Shown: positions 30,201 through 37,026 of the stretch, in pieces
Layout: each line of letters begins with the position of its first letter
Position numbering within the stretch: the stretch's first letter is position 1
Virus record (IMG/VR): IMGVR_UViG_3300049491_000419
Coordinates: 1-64,000 of that record
Direction: 5' to 3' (one strand)
Source: a virus
DNA length: 64,000 bases
Notes under the pieces: generated by a model
What the model saw: only the letters and a program-made list of their open reading frames with translations
Database searches by the model: none
Told to the model about the DNA's origin: nothing
Program-made: the position numbers and the translations under genes

Positions 30201-32348
30201 TGTCTGGCTAGAAGTTGCAACAAGGCTTGCATAGCTAGGAGGAGTTGTAACCGTCGAATATCCGACAATAACTACATCGCTGTTTAGAGCCAGGCCAGTA
30301 TTGAATGTAATCTGATTTGCACCAGTAACTGTGAAGTTCTTTGTAAGTCCTTCGACTTGGAATACACCGTTAACATACACCTGAATCTGTGTAGCTACTG
30401 TGGGAATCGCAGTGTTGAAAACTGTCTGGGCAGCTAAGGATACAAATTCTTCATAGTCAGGAATATCTGTAACAGCAGAATAATCATAGATAACCACATC
30501 GCTGCTTAATGGAACACCGACGTTAAAGGTAATCTGGCTTGCACCAGTTACTTGATAATTCTTAGTTACACCCTCTTGTTGGTAGACACCATTTACAAAT
30601 ACCTGTAGGTATGTCTTACCAGCAGCATTTGCAACTGTAGGAATGTTAGTGTTAAAAACTGTCTGGGCAGCAGTAGCGGAAAACTTTTCAAAGTTTGGAT
30701 TAATACCGTCATCGCAGCCGCAAACATCATATAGATTCCAGTTGTTGAATGTAACTTCACTGGTTGTGATATTGTAGTAATAATATCCGTCGATTGGTGT
30801 TAATACATTTCCGTTATAGGTGTATCGATTTGTTATTAGATCGTTTTGGAATACAATATCGGTTGCCTGACCAAGTGAGGTATAGACGATAGGAAACTTC
30901 AACACTGGGTCAACAGTTGCACCTGCGGTTGTGTTTACCTTGTAAGAGAAAATCTCACTACCACGGAAAGTGCTGTCTGGGTAGGTAACTGGATCATCTA
31001 ATTCAACGCCGTTGTGATCAAGCAAAACAAACAATGGAGGCTGATTTGTAGAAATTTTTTCGTTGTATGCCTCTTGCCATACACCTGCTTCATAGTACCA
31101 GGTTTGTCCGCGCTGGGCTGAATTGTATGGACCATCTTCTGCAACAAATACAATATCACCGTTAAGGGCAGGAGTAACTACAGAAGTCCATTCTGTGAAT
31201 GTAACGATACCAAATCCGTCTACGTTTGCTTCATAGATATAGCCATTTGACAAAGGATCATCAAACCAGCAAACCAAGTCCAGGTCTGCCATTTCAATGT
31301 TGTAAGTTAGATTGATTGTTGCAAGTGGCTGACCCTGGAACTGTGCAAGTGTAAGAGGTTGTGCAGCCAAGTCTGTGCCGAAGCCGAAACTAATTGTTTC
31401 TCTAAACTGTGTTCCCGATTTGTACAGAGGAATGTTAGCAACAAATTGGATGATTGGGCGCAATGCGCGTGTAGCATTTGTTGGGAATGAACTTCCGGTT
31501 GCAGCAATCGATGCATTAATGGTTTCAATATGAAACCATTTGTTAGTTCTCGACCATGCGTTTCTGTCAATTGCGCCGCGCTCAATTGTAATGTAATCTC
31601 CATTACCTGGTTGTGCTTGAACTTCCCATGTGTTCATGTCCCAGAATTCGTTTTCGATAATTCTACCAGTGGACAACTCGATTGTACCGTCCCATGGCAA
31701 GAATTCAAAGATTGTACCGGCAGTTAGGTCTGTGAACTTTTCAATTAAGTCAAAGCCAATACAACCGCCAAAGTTTTCAAGTACATGCGGATCCGAAAAT
31801 GTAGGATCATCAAGCAATGCGATTGTCATGCCCGATGTTAATGTTAGATTAGGTGGGGTTGCGGTAATAGGTGTTGTGTAAGACGACTGGCCGATAATAT
31901 CGGAAGCCAAAACACCAGTAATAGAAATTACAGGTAGGCCTTGCTCAACCCAATAGTAATTCTGATAGTTAATAAACATATCATAATCAATTGGAGGGCC
32001 AAAGCTGTAGTATTCAGATTCAAACAGTCTATCCTGATTAAGAGTGTTGCCACCGTAATATTCGATGTTCTCTAGAAGATCTTCATAGAAGAATACATTA
32101 CTCTTTGTTGTGTCTGCATCACGTGCGTATGCAGTAGCTTCAAGTTGCCACCATGTTCTATTCTTAGAAGGCTCTGGTAGGTAGAAATCAGTAATAGGAT
32201 TGTAACTACCAGGATCTCTGCGTCCCAAATAACCAGCAAGCAAGTCGCTGTCTTTCTTTGAAAAGACTTGATCGAATGTTGCATCAAAGAATTTCTTTTC
32301 AGTTACGGTTTGAAAAACCGCCGGTAGTTTCTTGATATACTGGGTCAT
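21234..32348 (-). CDS. giant (3704 aa) baseplate wedge / virion structural protein
   Basis: Follows the gp6-like gene; VKPYHTQIR motif, fibre-type inserted modules, late promoter. Confidence 0.8.
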   Translation of the reverse strand: MTQYIKKLPAVFQTVTEKKFFDATFDQVFSKKDSDLLAGYLGRRDPGSYNPITDFYLPEPSKNRTWWQLEATAYARDADTTKSNVFFYEDLLENIEYYGGNTLNQDRLFESEYYSFGPPIDYDMFINYQNYYWVEQGLPVISITGVLASDIIGQSSYTTPITATPPNLTLTSGMTIALLDDPTFSDPHVLENFGGCIGFDLIEKFTDLTAGTIFEFLPWDGTIELSTGRIIENEFWDMNTWEVQAQPGNGDYITIERGAIDRNAWSRTNKWFHIETINASIAATGSSFPTNATRALRPIIQFVANIPLYKSGTQFRETISFGFGTDLAAQPLTLAQFQGQPLATINLTYNIEMADLDLVCWFDDPLSNGYIYEANVDGFGIVTFTEWTSVVTPALNGDIVFVAEDGPYNSAQRGQTWYYEAGVWQEAYNEKISTNQPPLFVLLDHNGVELDDPVTYPDSTFRGSEIFSYKVNTTAGATVDPVLKFPIVYTSLGQATDIVFQNDLITNRYTYNGNVLTPIDGYYYYNITTSEVTFNNWNLYDVCGCDDGINPNFEKFSATAAQTVFNTNIPTVANAAGKTYLQVFVNGVYQQEGVTKNYQVTGASQITFNVGVPLSSDVVIYDYSAVTDIPDYEEFVSLAAQTVFNTAIPTVATQIQVYVNGVFQVEGLTKNFTVTGANQITFNTGLALNSDVVIVGYSTVTTPPSYASLVATSSQTVFTTLFPVLAGTTENSYLQVFVNGVYQLEGATKNFTVTGPNQITFNTGLILNSDVVIFGEDAIAAGACPNYSKQRVIDKYVVGYGSEFNFRLSVTPYGYILGGGAIQTDADISVNVNGTEIKNEIGGFEFFELNNRIYIDLTAYLTNLLTTTQTIPPVVEAQTYTRGLLDPAYPGYFEIPQQLEANPTQLEVSEISASNLIQHFASIIENQVGFTGSSFGGINNYRDSLKNRSVGLYILQNLAPALKSMLVSSSDDLDFIKGVRFSSDEYTKFKNKFLTTALQLINQGFDPVQVFTGTVDIAAWVGEILRILNVSKEFSNAFAYSFMAAQGTPFASETFNVPGNTLITLANYVDLTDPRNVVYLYDVTNPTTERILTVGVDYEIVNTNLAIDIQLNLGVGVKDILVYLYKNPLPTYIPSTPTKVGAWGAYIPRIELDATYAIPTDVVIGHDGSKTISYGDYRDQLLLDLETRIYNFLQTKYRNEYYIPLRIESVKTGYFRQTRYSRDEYLEITESYLNKWSAKNRANYRVNDWPTASLTTPLNQLWKLYNYRLAVTPTGGQTDLPGNWKGIFQYYYDTYYPDTRPWEMLGFSTKPEWWETEYGPPVLNLAGQEVWTSTSAGLHIMYTDLEAGIIRQGPCAIYNPDTQIVQPQEMWVRPGLSSLIPVDGAGEIIPIITLFGLAYSGNPYAPFDHFDDAWVYGDGSPVEQAWMSTSAYAYSAQEFLYLMRPGPFGELLWDTLGTELSPGMITVPASATPVMSNKNWQYVQNDIFAFDDPFFAWFRPKNKDQYVHAEIVDSVTEVRFGYQCWISDRILFLGKNIADTFGQKIRTLDVNLANKVAGFINKDTTNTYISSVSPGANTNTLIIPSTNFDVFLHKSPVVDTYSYSGVIVRALADGTFVVYGYDLFNAEFITLDRANEKTVEVSVGGTPAEFRYFEVGATYNQGEIVRYNGVYYESLATQTVSKFIATDWQKLKGLPTEGGITVTYKPISLETTTKYPYGSILKNAQEVFDLMIGWGAYLEKQGWQFTEVNQDTNILNDWLSSAKQFLFWLNTNWAPDASIQLSPLANTATLIVKRGYPNDVESLSNGVYSILDKFGVAIAPNNTSTDREGPMISVAPTDLSTGGIFFIQINAAETEHILIFDNVTNFSDVLYDPLLRARQQRLRFNGFRSNGWYGKMEAPGYLIIDDQLVPNYDTIVESMRYFYDPNVTIDNPSLEDLGRHLIGYESKGYLDNLSVSNDVQYLFYQGAIRQKGTKQAFEKLFRSTKVQSNEIIKVYEEWALKLGDFGNTIEQVSTEFRLIPEQNTGEVIVARLNFVPSTIGFVRQINILNAENTYINIPKLVFPLPDAEPDVAWSDFSSELTYQVGNVVKYPDQFGNPVYYSSNVLQITVRAATTANIVLAGPQVIDGVAVVVGDRVLVKNQTTQSQNGIYVVRAGAWTRSLYADTSLELTGLTAFVQEGLLGTDTTWVQTTQPPITIGVTPIGWTQSSTAFIAANWTVVLATRICRAYVVLDSTNRISRVDITDPGIGYLEAPLVSIDSGAEPHNLDKLYSVWQGEIISDPTLDNIVNIDIDETDVWVVRPTDPSVALEFPLTNIIDYPIPNAGYVNFNDVDFSVFDVTQTIALWGSVALNPGMFDTIWVAKTFTEDWCVYKLMNIMPAPMDPLTWKVVTDEAGNLLLLTNYSLVPADNVTIVPQLWTEAIGSNRNDFGNLLVLQQVTDNVIIGDNNQTVGFIPYSTEDYAVPGLYLNPTDLVNYNAYSLVTVDGNPIAATDMANYEDLNTLLLFKIMRWHNVPAEPYLPTYVGIGDNIWIDDVDEKWTVFNIQADPGFWDIAIWDPEIIDFWSPNYGWDVTGPLYLNPFRVQEPLINTHLFESASVFNTAGTELVQLPIYDPFKFILPGPAKQNLKYLSLQDPARYNVSGDTRLFSENITFGVAQVGQLWWDLSSTRFVYYEQPIALDGSETEVDNLVYRRDRWAQIFPGSTIDIYEWVQSDVPPEQYTGTGVPRDVTSYVQLETSNRFTSVTEIKYYFWVLGATDLPNVENRTLPALEVGRLLQSPKRQGFAFFSPVQQTATNNSYMFYNVQEILAYQGDNIQVQYRISERDDQEHAQWAFFREGDPNSLVTDQFWNKMVDSLCGYTKVLPVTGEFSDGIVVANFLPWDIYGWDVAPWDDATPLTSPEYGEILPVPDPTLSESEKYGITYRPRQGMFVKLYSARKIFVQAGNELLKHIPIRDNNPSWNADVATDDYWTYTNWYELGYEDAVPTVVYQTLADANIALVAGQLTKGTILQVVDGTIDGRYVLYAVVQLNPNVPTLSLNEVAIENSAIKLLDTIFTSRNKYGLSVELRELLNAFRTQVMIDAYVVDQNELFFSLLNYVVSEQKNPNWVFKSSYIFIKEDNLPLTQDQLFIPDQIGNIIDYITDVKPYHTQIRDYSSTYYTTDIAPGTASDFFKWVIKLQFGPSGAEDIDPYANSPAFDPMIGWDFHQGPYSIPWDFLAQFVGASSSGNVITISDTTGLYAGMRVAVTGGIGILDSMTFIVAVNSLTTFTVATIPLVNPPVLVPLVGASLDITMPWDITNISLIINQYISRNAVTPTYNPGFSPWPGFDENTIQVPLTFFDATKVGYSQLFPYTFDFNSINLDNPQTFITPYNIVAVKADSDTLYYGQDYYVEYNEIDENYTIYFFNDPGIYTILAVFVWLDGGPIQNSFINGYRNELAAGTATDDLVINVDTKLPVDISTGIPTPYVLYGDVWDTVPDPVAQILIDAGGDDSVPWDATLVLELFPNTISSRENTNAYDGANFTRNAFEYAGDLAIDLPAPSLLQDNIDVITVTAAADILPNPGELPGVIWINGERIEYKDKQIIAINTWELRLVRRGTMGTAPAEHLALVPEVDEVNTGPGGQTILVDPPVYVPNKVWIEKFNYIPGLPNEEVWNVDTLPGIPDLSTIQAPSVYTSVTNVPVGGLWYSYTPEANFLKSKEGKSIP
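30025..30690 (-). repeat. three tandem about 65-aa beta modules inside the giant protein
   Basis: QTVF.T...QV(F/Y)VNGV.Q.EG.TKN(Y/F).VTG.(N/S)QITFN.G..L.SDVVI x3. Confidence 0.9.
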
Positions 32349-32412
32349 GTAGGGTTCCGAATAGTAGGTAGTGTTATCTACCTACTATTTATCAGCGAAA
32401 TTATCTACCCAG

Positions 32413-35400
32413 TTAAACTCGGAGATTTTGGTCTGTCAAGTTCGCCACAATCTGAACATTGTTCACTGTAGCTGTAGACATGAAAAGTTCTGTAGGACTT
32501 GCGATGATTTCAAACAAATTACCGAACTGTGAGTTGGCATTTGTTGGGACAATAACAACTGAGCTAATAATTCTAGATAGTTGTTGGTGAATGAATGCTG
32601 ACAGTTCTGACCAGAAGAATTTTTCACCAAAGTCCCAGTTTCTAATATCAAAGTAAACATCGATTGCTTGAATAACCTTTGTCTTAACTTCGTTATCGCT
32701 AATACTGGTTGATGGTGCCTTAACGACTTTAATTGTTGCCTGCAATTCAGATGATGCTTGTGTACCAAACAGAATCTTAAATGACCCCGAATTCCAAATC
32801 ATAGAATCACTGACCATTTTATATTGATCCAGACTTTGGAACTGAATACGAAGTTCTTCGGTGGTTGGTGCTTCCGGCATTGCAGAAATGCTGCCATTAC
32901 TATTTTTCCAGATTAACATATCTCTGTAGAAACTATCAGTAATAACAACCATATCGATAATGTTTGTAGGCGACGGATCAACACGTTGATCCAATGGTGA
33001 ATAGTGTGCCCACTTGAAATACAAAGGTAATCTATCGTCATCGGGCACAGATGTATTTTGCGTGAATACCTTACCATTCTTATCAAAGTGGTATTTGTCT
33101 AGCAATGAAACAAATGTTTGTCCGGACGGATATGTTGACAGGTCTGCAGACGTTGAGCTTTCGATTCCATAATATACACCAAAGCCCGGAGGACTAATGC
33201 CGTATACTAGGAACGATTTACTTAAGAAGTATGCGGTAAGAATATCTGTCTTGTCCACAACTGTTTGAGTTCCAGCTAACCAAGGGAACAGCAATAGTTG
33301 AGATGCAATCGGTCCGTTAAAGAATGCAGTAATCTGATTAGTGATAGAACGTGTTGACGGGATCATCGAGTTGAACAATAGTTGTTCGACATTATTTACA
33401 AACACAAGATCCGGGCTATCTAGATAGACTGTTGTTGCAGGTGGTGGGTCATATTGACTTCCCGGACCAATACCGCCAGGTAGTAATACACTAGAAAGAA
33501 ATGGCGGGCTGAATAACTTTGTATTATCGATTAGGTCGACGGGGAAATAAACATACAAATCGGATTCGACGCCCTGCATAGTTGTATCCCAGTTTGCGAT
33601 CCACGGACGTGTGCTCTGATATCCTGTAACTTCATTGTCATAGAATTCAAATACAACTCTGTCCTGTGGGGAAACAATCTGATCAAATCCTGTGGGATTA
33701 TCTGGAATACCGTCCTCATTCTCATCGAGCAAAGATACTTCTACCTTTGATGTATCGACATAACCGTCGGGTTGTGTAAACACTCCGGTAATATTAAACG
33801 GAACCTGTCTACGCAAAAATACATCCTGCGGATTAAGAATGGGTGTCGGTGGTTCATTATTATCAACAAGACTGTTTGTATTTACAAACGGCATAATCTC
33901 AATGGTATCTTGCAATGCCTGCCCAGACGAATTGTCAATAACAATTTGGTTTGGCTCCCAGAAGAATCTAACATCTCTATAAGATTCAAAAACGTATACA
34001 CGACCGCGTGCAGTTAGGTCGAATGTTGTGATACCCAATTCATTGTTGCTCGCAATGTTTACATATAACAGACCGCCTGGTGGATAAGGTGCCCAATTAG
34101 AATAAATTTGAGCCACGCCAGCAATAAGAACTGTGGTCGGTCCAAATGGAATAATAGGTTCTTCAGAAACAGTAAATGTGGTTGGTGTAATACCGCCAGT
34201 AACGTAAACATTACCACCAAACAGACCCGGCGTTCCGTACTGAACTTGAATTGAATCTCCAACTGAAAGACCTGCGGTCGACGAGACAGTAACTATCAGA
34301 TTATTGTTTGTTGCGCCAGCTGCTGATGTATATGTCGGTGTCACTGTAGGTGGTGCATATCTAAATGGTTGATCGGATTGATCGGACAGCCCCGGGGTTG
34401 CAGTAGTTGATGTATGCCATTCGTCAATTAGCAAATCATAATACATCCAGAAAGAAATACCATCATTAATACGCTGAACAATTTCCGCAATTTCAGTTGA
34501 GTTTAGATCATTTCTAAACTTAGGATACACTTTAAGTGCTTGGAAATTAATCTGCTCTTCAACGCCCAATTCAATCGGGCCCACGTTTGCATAAGGATTT
34601 AACGGGTTAATAATTAAAGGAATACCGTTCTGAATTACACTTCGAACTGCAGAGGTATTGATTGTGATCGGACTTAATGGATTACCAATTTCAATAACAG
34701 ATCCACCTGTGATAAATTCCCAAGGCTGATATAGGCTTGTGTTGAGAGAATTTGGGTTATTTGAAGTTAAGGTATTAACAAGTGCCACTGCGGTAGTTGA
34801 CACTGTTGAATTAGTAAAGAAGCCTGTATCGTTTTTAAACTTTTGTGGACTTGTTTTCCAAATCAATGGAAGTTGATAAGGATTACCGATATTCAACAGT
34901 GAGTACCCTGAAGCACCAAGAACCTGCTTGTTGACACGAATTGTACTTTCAAACTGTGGCAAATATTCATCGTAAAAGAATTGAGATACTTGCTGATCTC
35001 TTAACATTTCTTGAATAGTGTTAATCAAGATGTTTTCAATGGTCCCGGAGTTTGATGAATCTTCGATAACCTCAACAAGCACGTTTTGATTATCGCGATA
35101 CAACGCACCGTCTTCGCCAAAGATGATTAGGTCACGGTGGAAACCAGTTGGGTCGTTAAGATCGATGTAACGGCTTTGACCACTGTATGTTCTGTCGAGT
35201 GCTTGAATCTTAGCAATTTGATTTCCGAATACAAGTGGTAGGACGTTATAGTCGCTTCCGTTGACCATGCGCGACTGTGTTGAAAAGACTTCTGGGGCAC
35301 GTAATCTAATCTGTTCGTCTGTTTCTGCGGCCGCAGCATTACCGATTGTTTGCTCGAGGTTGAACACAATACGCAATACATATTCTTGTTGGTCTACACC

Positions 35401-36558
35401 AATGTAAGGGATGTTGATTTGTAATCCTTGTGCATCATCGGGACGAATTACAAGTGCTTGATTTGCGCTAACACGAACCCAGAATCTAAACAAGCCAGTC
35501 GGCACATTACCGAAGTTACCATCAGCAAAGCGAACTGATACTGTATTATTTGCACCGGAGATAACATCAAAAATGTTTCTTTCAGCAAACTGAATACTGT
35601 TGTAAATGATATTCTCACCCGACAATGCAGGTACCTTCAACCACTTGTTGACAACAGTACCGTCATCAGTTGTTTCCTGCACATAGACGTCTTCCTGGTT
35701 GATGTTTTGGATATCAATTGGGAATACACGGTTAGGTACAGGGAATTCAAAGTTGGTATCAATGTTAATCAGATTACCTTGTTTGAAGTATAGGAAGAAG
35801 CCAGTATTTGCAGATGCAACACCTAAGCTATCATTTCGATAGATGAAATTAAATGCATCAGCAGGGTCTGGATCGCGTTCGAAGATTGTTTCATTTGTAA
35901 CAAAATCCGGGTTGCAAACGTCAATTGGATATTCTTGTCCGCTAATGATAACTGATGTAGGATATGTAACGTTCAGACGCGGGATGCTGTTTAGCTGATA
36001 TAGGTCGGTCGGAATTGAGCCAATTGTGCCACTCTTTGTTGGGCGCCCAAACGGGTTAAGCGTACTAAATGCGGCATTGCAAACTTGCACAAATTGATCG
36101 AACCAATCAGGATTGTTTGGATCATTCCAGAAGATAGCAGTGTCGTTAATGTTTACGCCATTGGCATCTGTTAGTGGCTGGTTAGTTTGAACTGCGGCGA
36201 TCTTAAATAAACCGCTTGATGGAATATTTCTACGTGGAACATAGTTAACCATCTGTGCAAGACGTATAATACTTTCACGACGTTCGGCTGTGTCAATAAA
36301 GTTTTCACGGCTATTAAGGTCTGTTCTAAATGCCAAGCTTGTACCAAAATACGCAAGCAATTCAATGATTGCAATAAATTCAGAACTTTCAATATAGTCG
36401 TTGAAGTCTTCTGGGTAGTAAGTCTGAATGTAATTGATTAGGGCTTGCTTTAGAGTATCGAAGTCATAAGCAGTATAATCAATAAATTGGAAAGCTTTAA
36501 AGACCTTCTTGTAGTCTTCGGCGGCAAATAGATTCGATTGGCGAATTGATTCTGACAT
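32413..36558 (-). CDS. gp6: baseplate wedge protein (gp6-like)
   Basis: YDFDTLK..LI.YI...YPE.FNDY.ESSE, ENFIDTA, FADG.FG..P, ET.EQIR..AP, RMV...DY. Confidence 0.85.
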   Translation of the reverse strand: MSESIRQSNLFAAEDYKKVFKAFQFIDYTAYDFDTLKQALINYIQTYYPEDFNDYIESSEFIAIIELLAYFGTSLAFRTDLNSRENFIDTAERRESIIRLAQMVNYVPRRNIPSSGLFKIAAVQTNQPLTDANGVNINDTAIFWNDPNNPDWFDQFVQVCNAAFSTLNPFGRPTKSGTIGSIPTDLYQLNSIPRLNVTYPTSVIISGQEYPIDVCNPDFVTNETIFERDPDPADAFNFIYRNDSLGVASANTGFFLYFKQGNLINIDTNFEFPVPNRVFPIDIQNINQEDVYVQETTDDGTVVNKWLKVPALSGENIIYNSIQFAERNIFDVISGANNTVSVRFADGNFGNVPTGLFRFWVRVSANQALVIRPDDAQGLQINIPYIGVDQQEYVLRIVFNLEQTIGNAAAAETDEQIRLRAPEVFSTQSRMVNGSDYNVLPLVFGNQIAKIQALDRTYSGQSRYIDLNDPTGFHRDLIIFGEDGALYRDNQNVLVEVIEDSSNSGTIENILINTIQEMLRDQQVSQFFYDEYLPQFESTIRVNKQVLGASGYSLLNIGNPYQLPLIWKTSPQKFKNDTGFFTNSTVSTTAVALVNTLTSNNPNSLNTSLYQPWEFITGGSVIEIGNPLSPITINTSAVRSVIQNGIPLIINPLNPYANVGPIELGVEEQINFQALKVYPKFRNDLNSTEIAEIVQRINDGISFWMYYDLLIDEWHTSTTATPGLSDQSDQPFRYAPPTVTPTYTSAAGATNNNLIVTVSSTAGLSVGDSIQVQYGTPGLFGGNVYVTGGITPTTFTVSEEPIIPFGPTTVLIAGVAQIYSNWAPYPPGGLLYVNIASNNELGITTFDLTARGRVYVFESYRDVRFFWEPNQIVIDNSSGQALQDTIEIMPFVNTNSLVDNNEPPTPILNPQDVFLRRQVPFNITGVFTQPDGYVDTSKVEVSLLDENEDGIPDNPTGFDQIVSPQDRVVFEFYDNEVTGYQSTRPWIANWDTTMQGVESDLYVYFPVDLIDNTKLFSPPFLSSVLLPGGIGPGSQYDPPPATTVYLDSPDLVFVNNVEQLLFNSMIPSTRSITNQITAFFNGPIASQLLLFPWLAGTQTVVDKTDILTAYFLSKSFLVYGISPPGFGVYYGIESSTSADLSTYPSGQTFVSLLDKYHFDKNGKVFTQNTSVPDDDRLPLYFKWAHYSPLDQRVDPSPTNIIDMVVITDSFYRDMLIWKNSNGSISAMPEAPTTEELRIQFQSLDQYKMVSDSMIWNSGSFKILFGTQASSELQATIKVVKAPSTSISDNEVKTKVIQAIDVYFDIRNWDFGEKFFWSELSAFIHQQLSRIISSVVIVPTNANSQFGNLFEIIASPTELFMSTATVNNVQIVANLTDQNLRV

Positions 36559-36980
36559 TAGAATGTATCCCTGTCTTTGAGAGAGAACGAAACAAATAGA
36601 TTATCTGTTATAGATTCGGGTTTGAATAGCAATACCATAATAATGTTCAGTGCTTGGTCTTCTTGGTTTACGTCAATTGACACAAGATCAACTCTTGGTT
36701 CGGATTGTATAACATTAACGGCATCGGCAATGATTGCATTCTTTGTGTATTCATCAAATGGATCAAAAAGATAATCATAAATGCGTGTGCCGAAGTTTGG
36801 CAACATGACTCTTGTGCCCATTGGAGTTGCAAACGTATTTTCGATGTCTCTCTTAACCAATTCAATATTATTGAGGTTATAGGGAGGCGCAGGCTGATTT
36901 ACAGTGTTGAATCCAACAAAGTAAGGCTTCCTTGTTATGCGTTTAGGTTGAACTAACCCTCGTTGATTTGCTGCGGCCAT
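36558..36980 (-). CDS. gp25: baseplate wedge subunit (gp25-like)
   Basis: T..G.RVM.PNFG.RIYDYLFDP ... EPRV. Confidence 0.9.
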   Translation of the reverse strand: MAAANQRGLVQPKRITRKPYFVGFNTVNQPAPPYNLNNIELVKRDIENTFATPMGTRVMLPNFGTRIYDYLFDPFDEYTKNAIIADAVNVIQSEPRVDLVSIDVNQEDQALNIIMVLLFKPESITDNLFVSFSLKDRDTF

Positions 36981-37026
36981 AAAATTCTCTTTTTGTTATT
37001 TATCAAGAGAATTAAGCAGGGTTATA

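Noticed and set aside
21234-32348. Intein or intron in the giant protein
   Set aside because: No intein C/HN-C termini or LAGLIDADG motifs seen; the insertions resemble fibre modules
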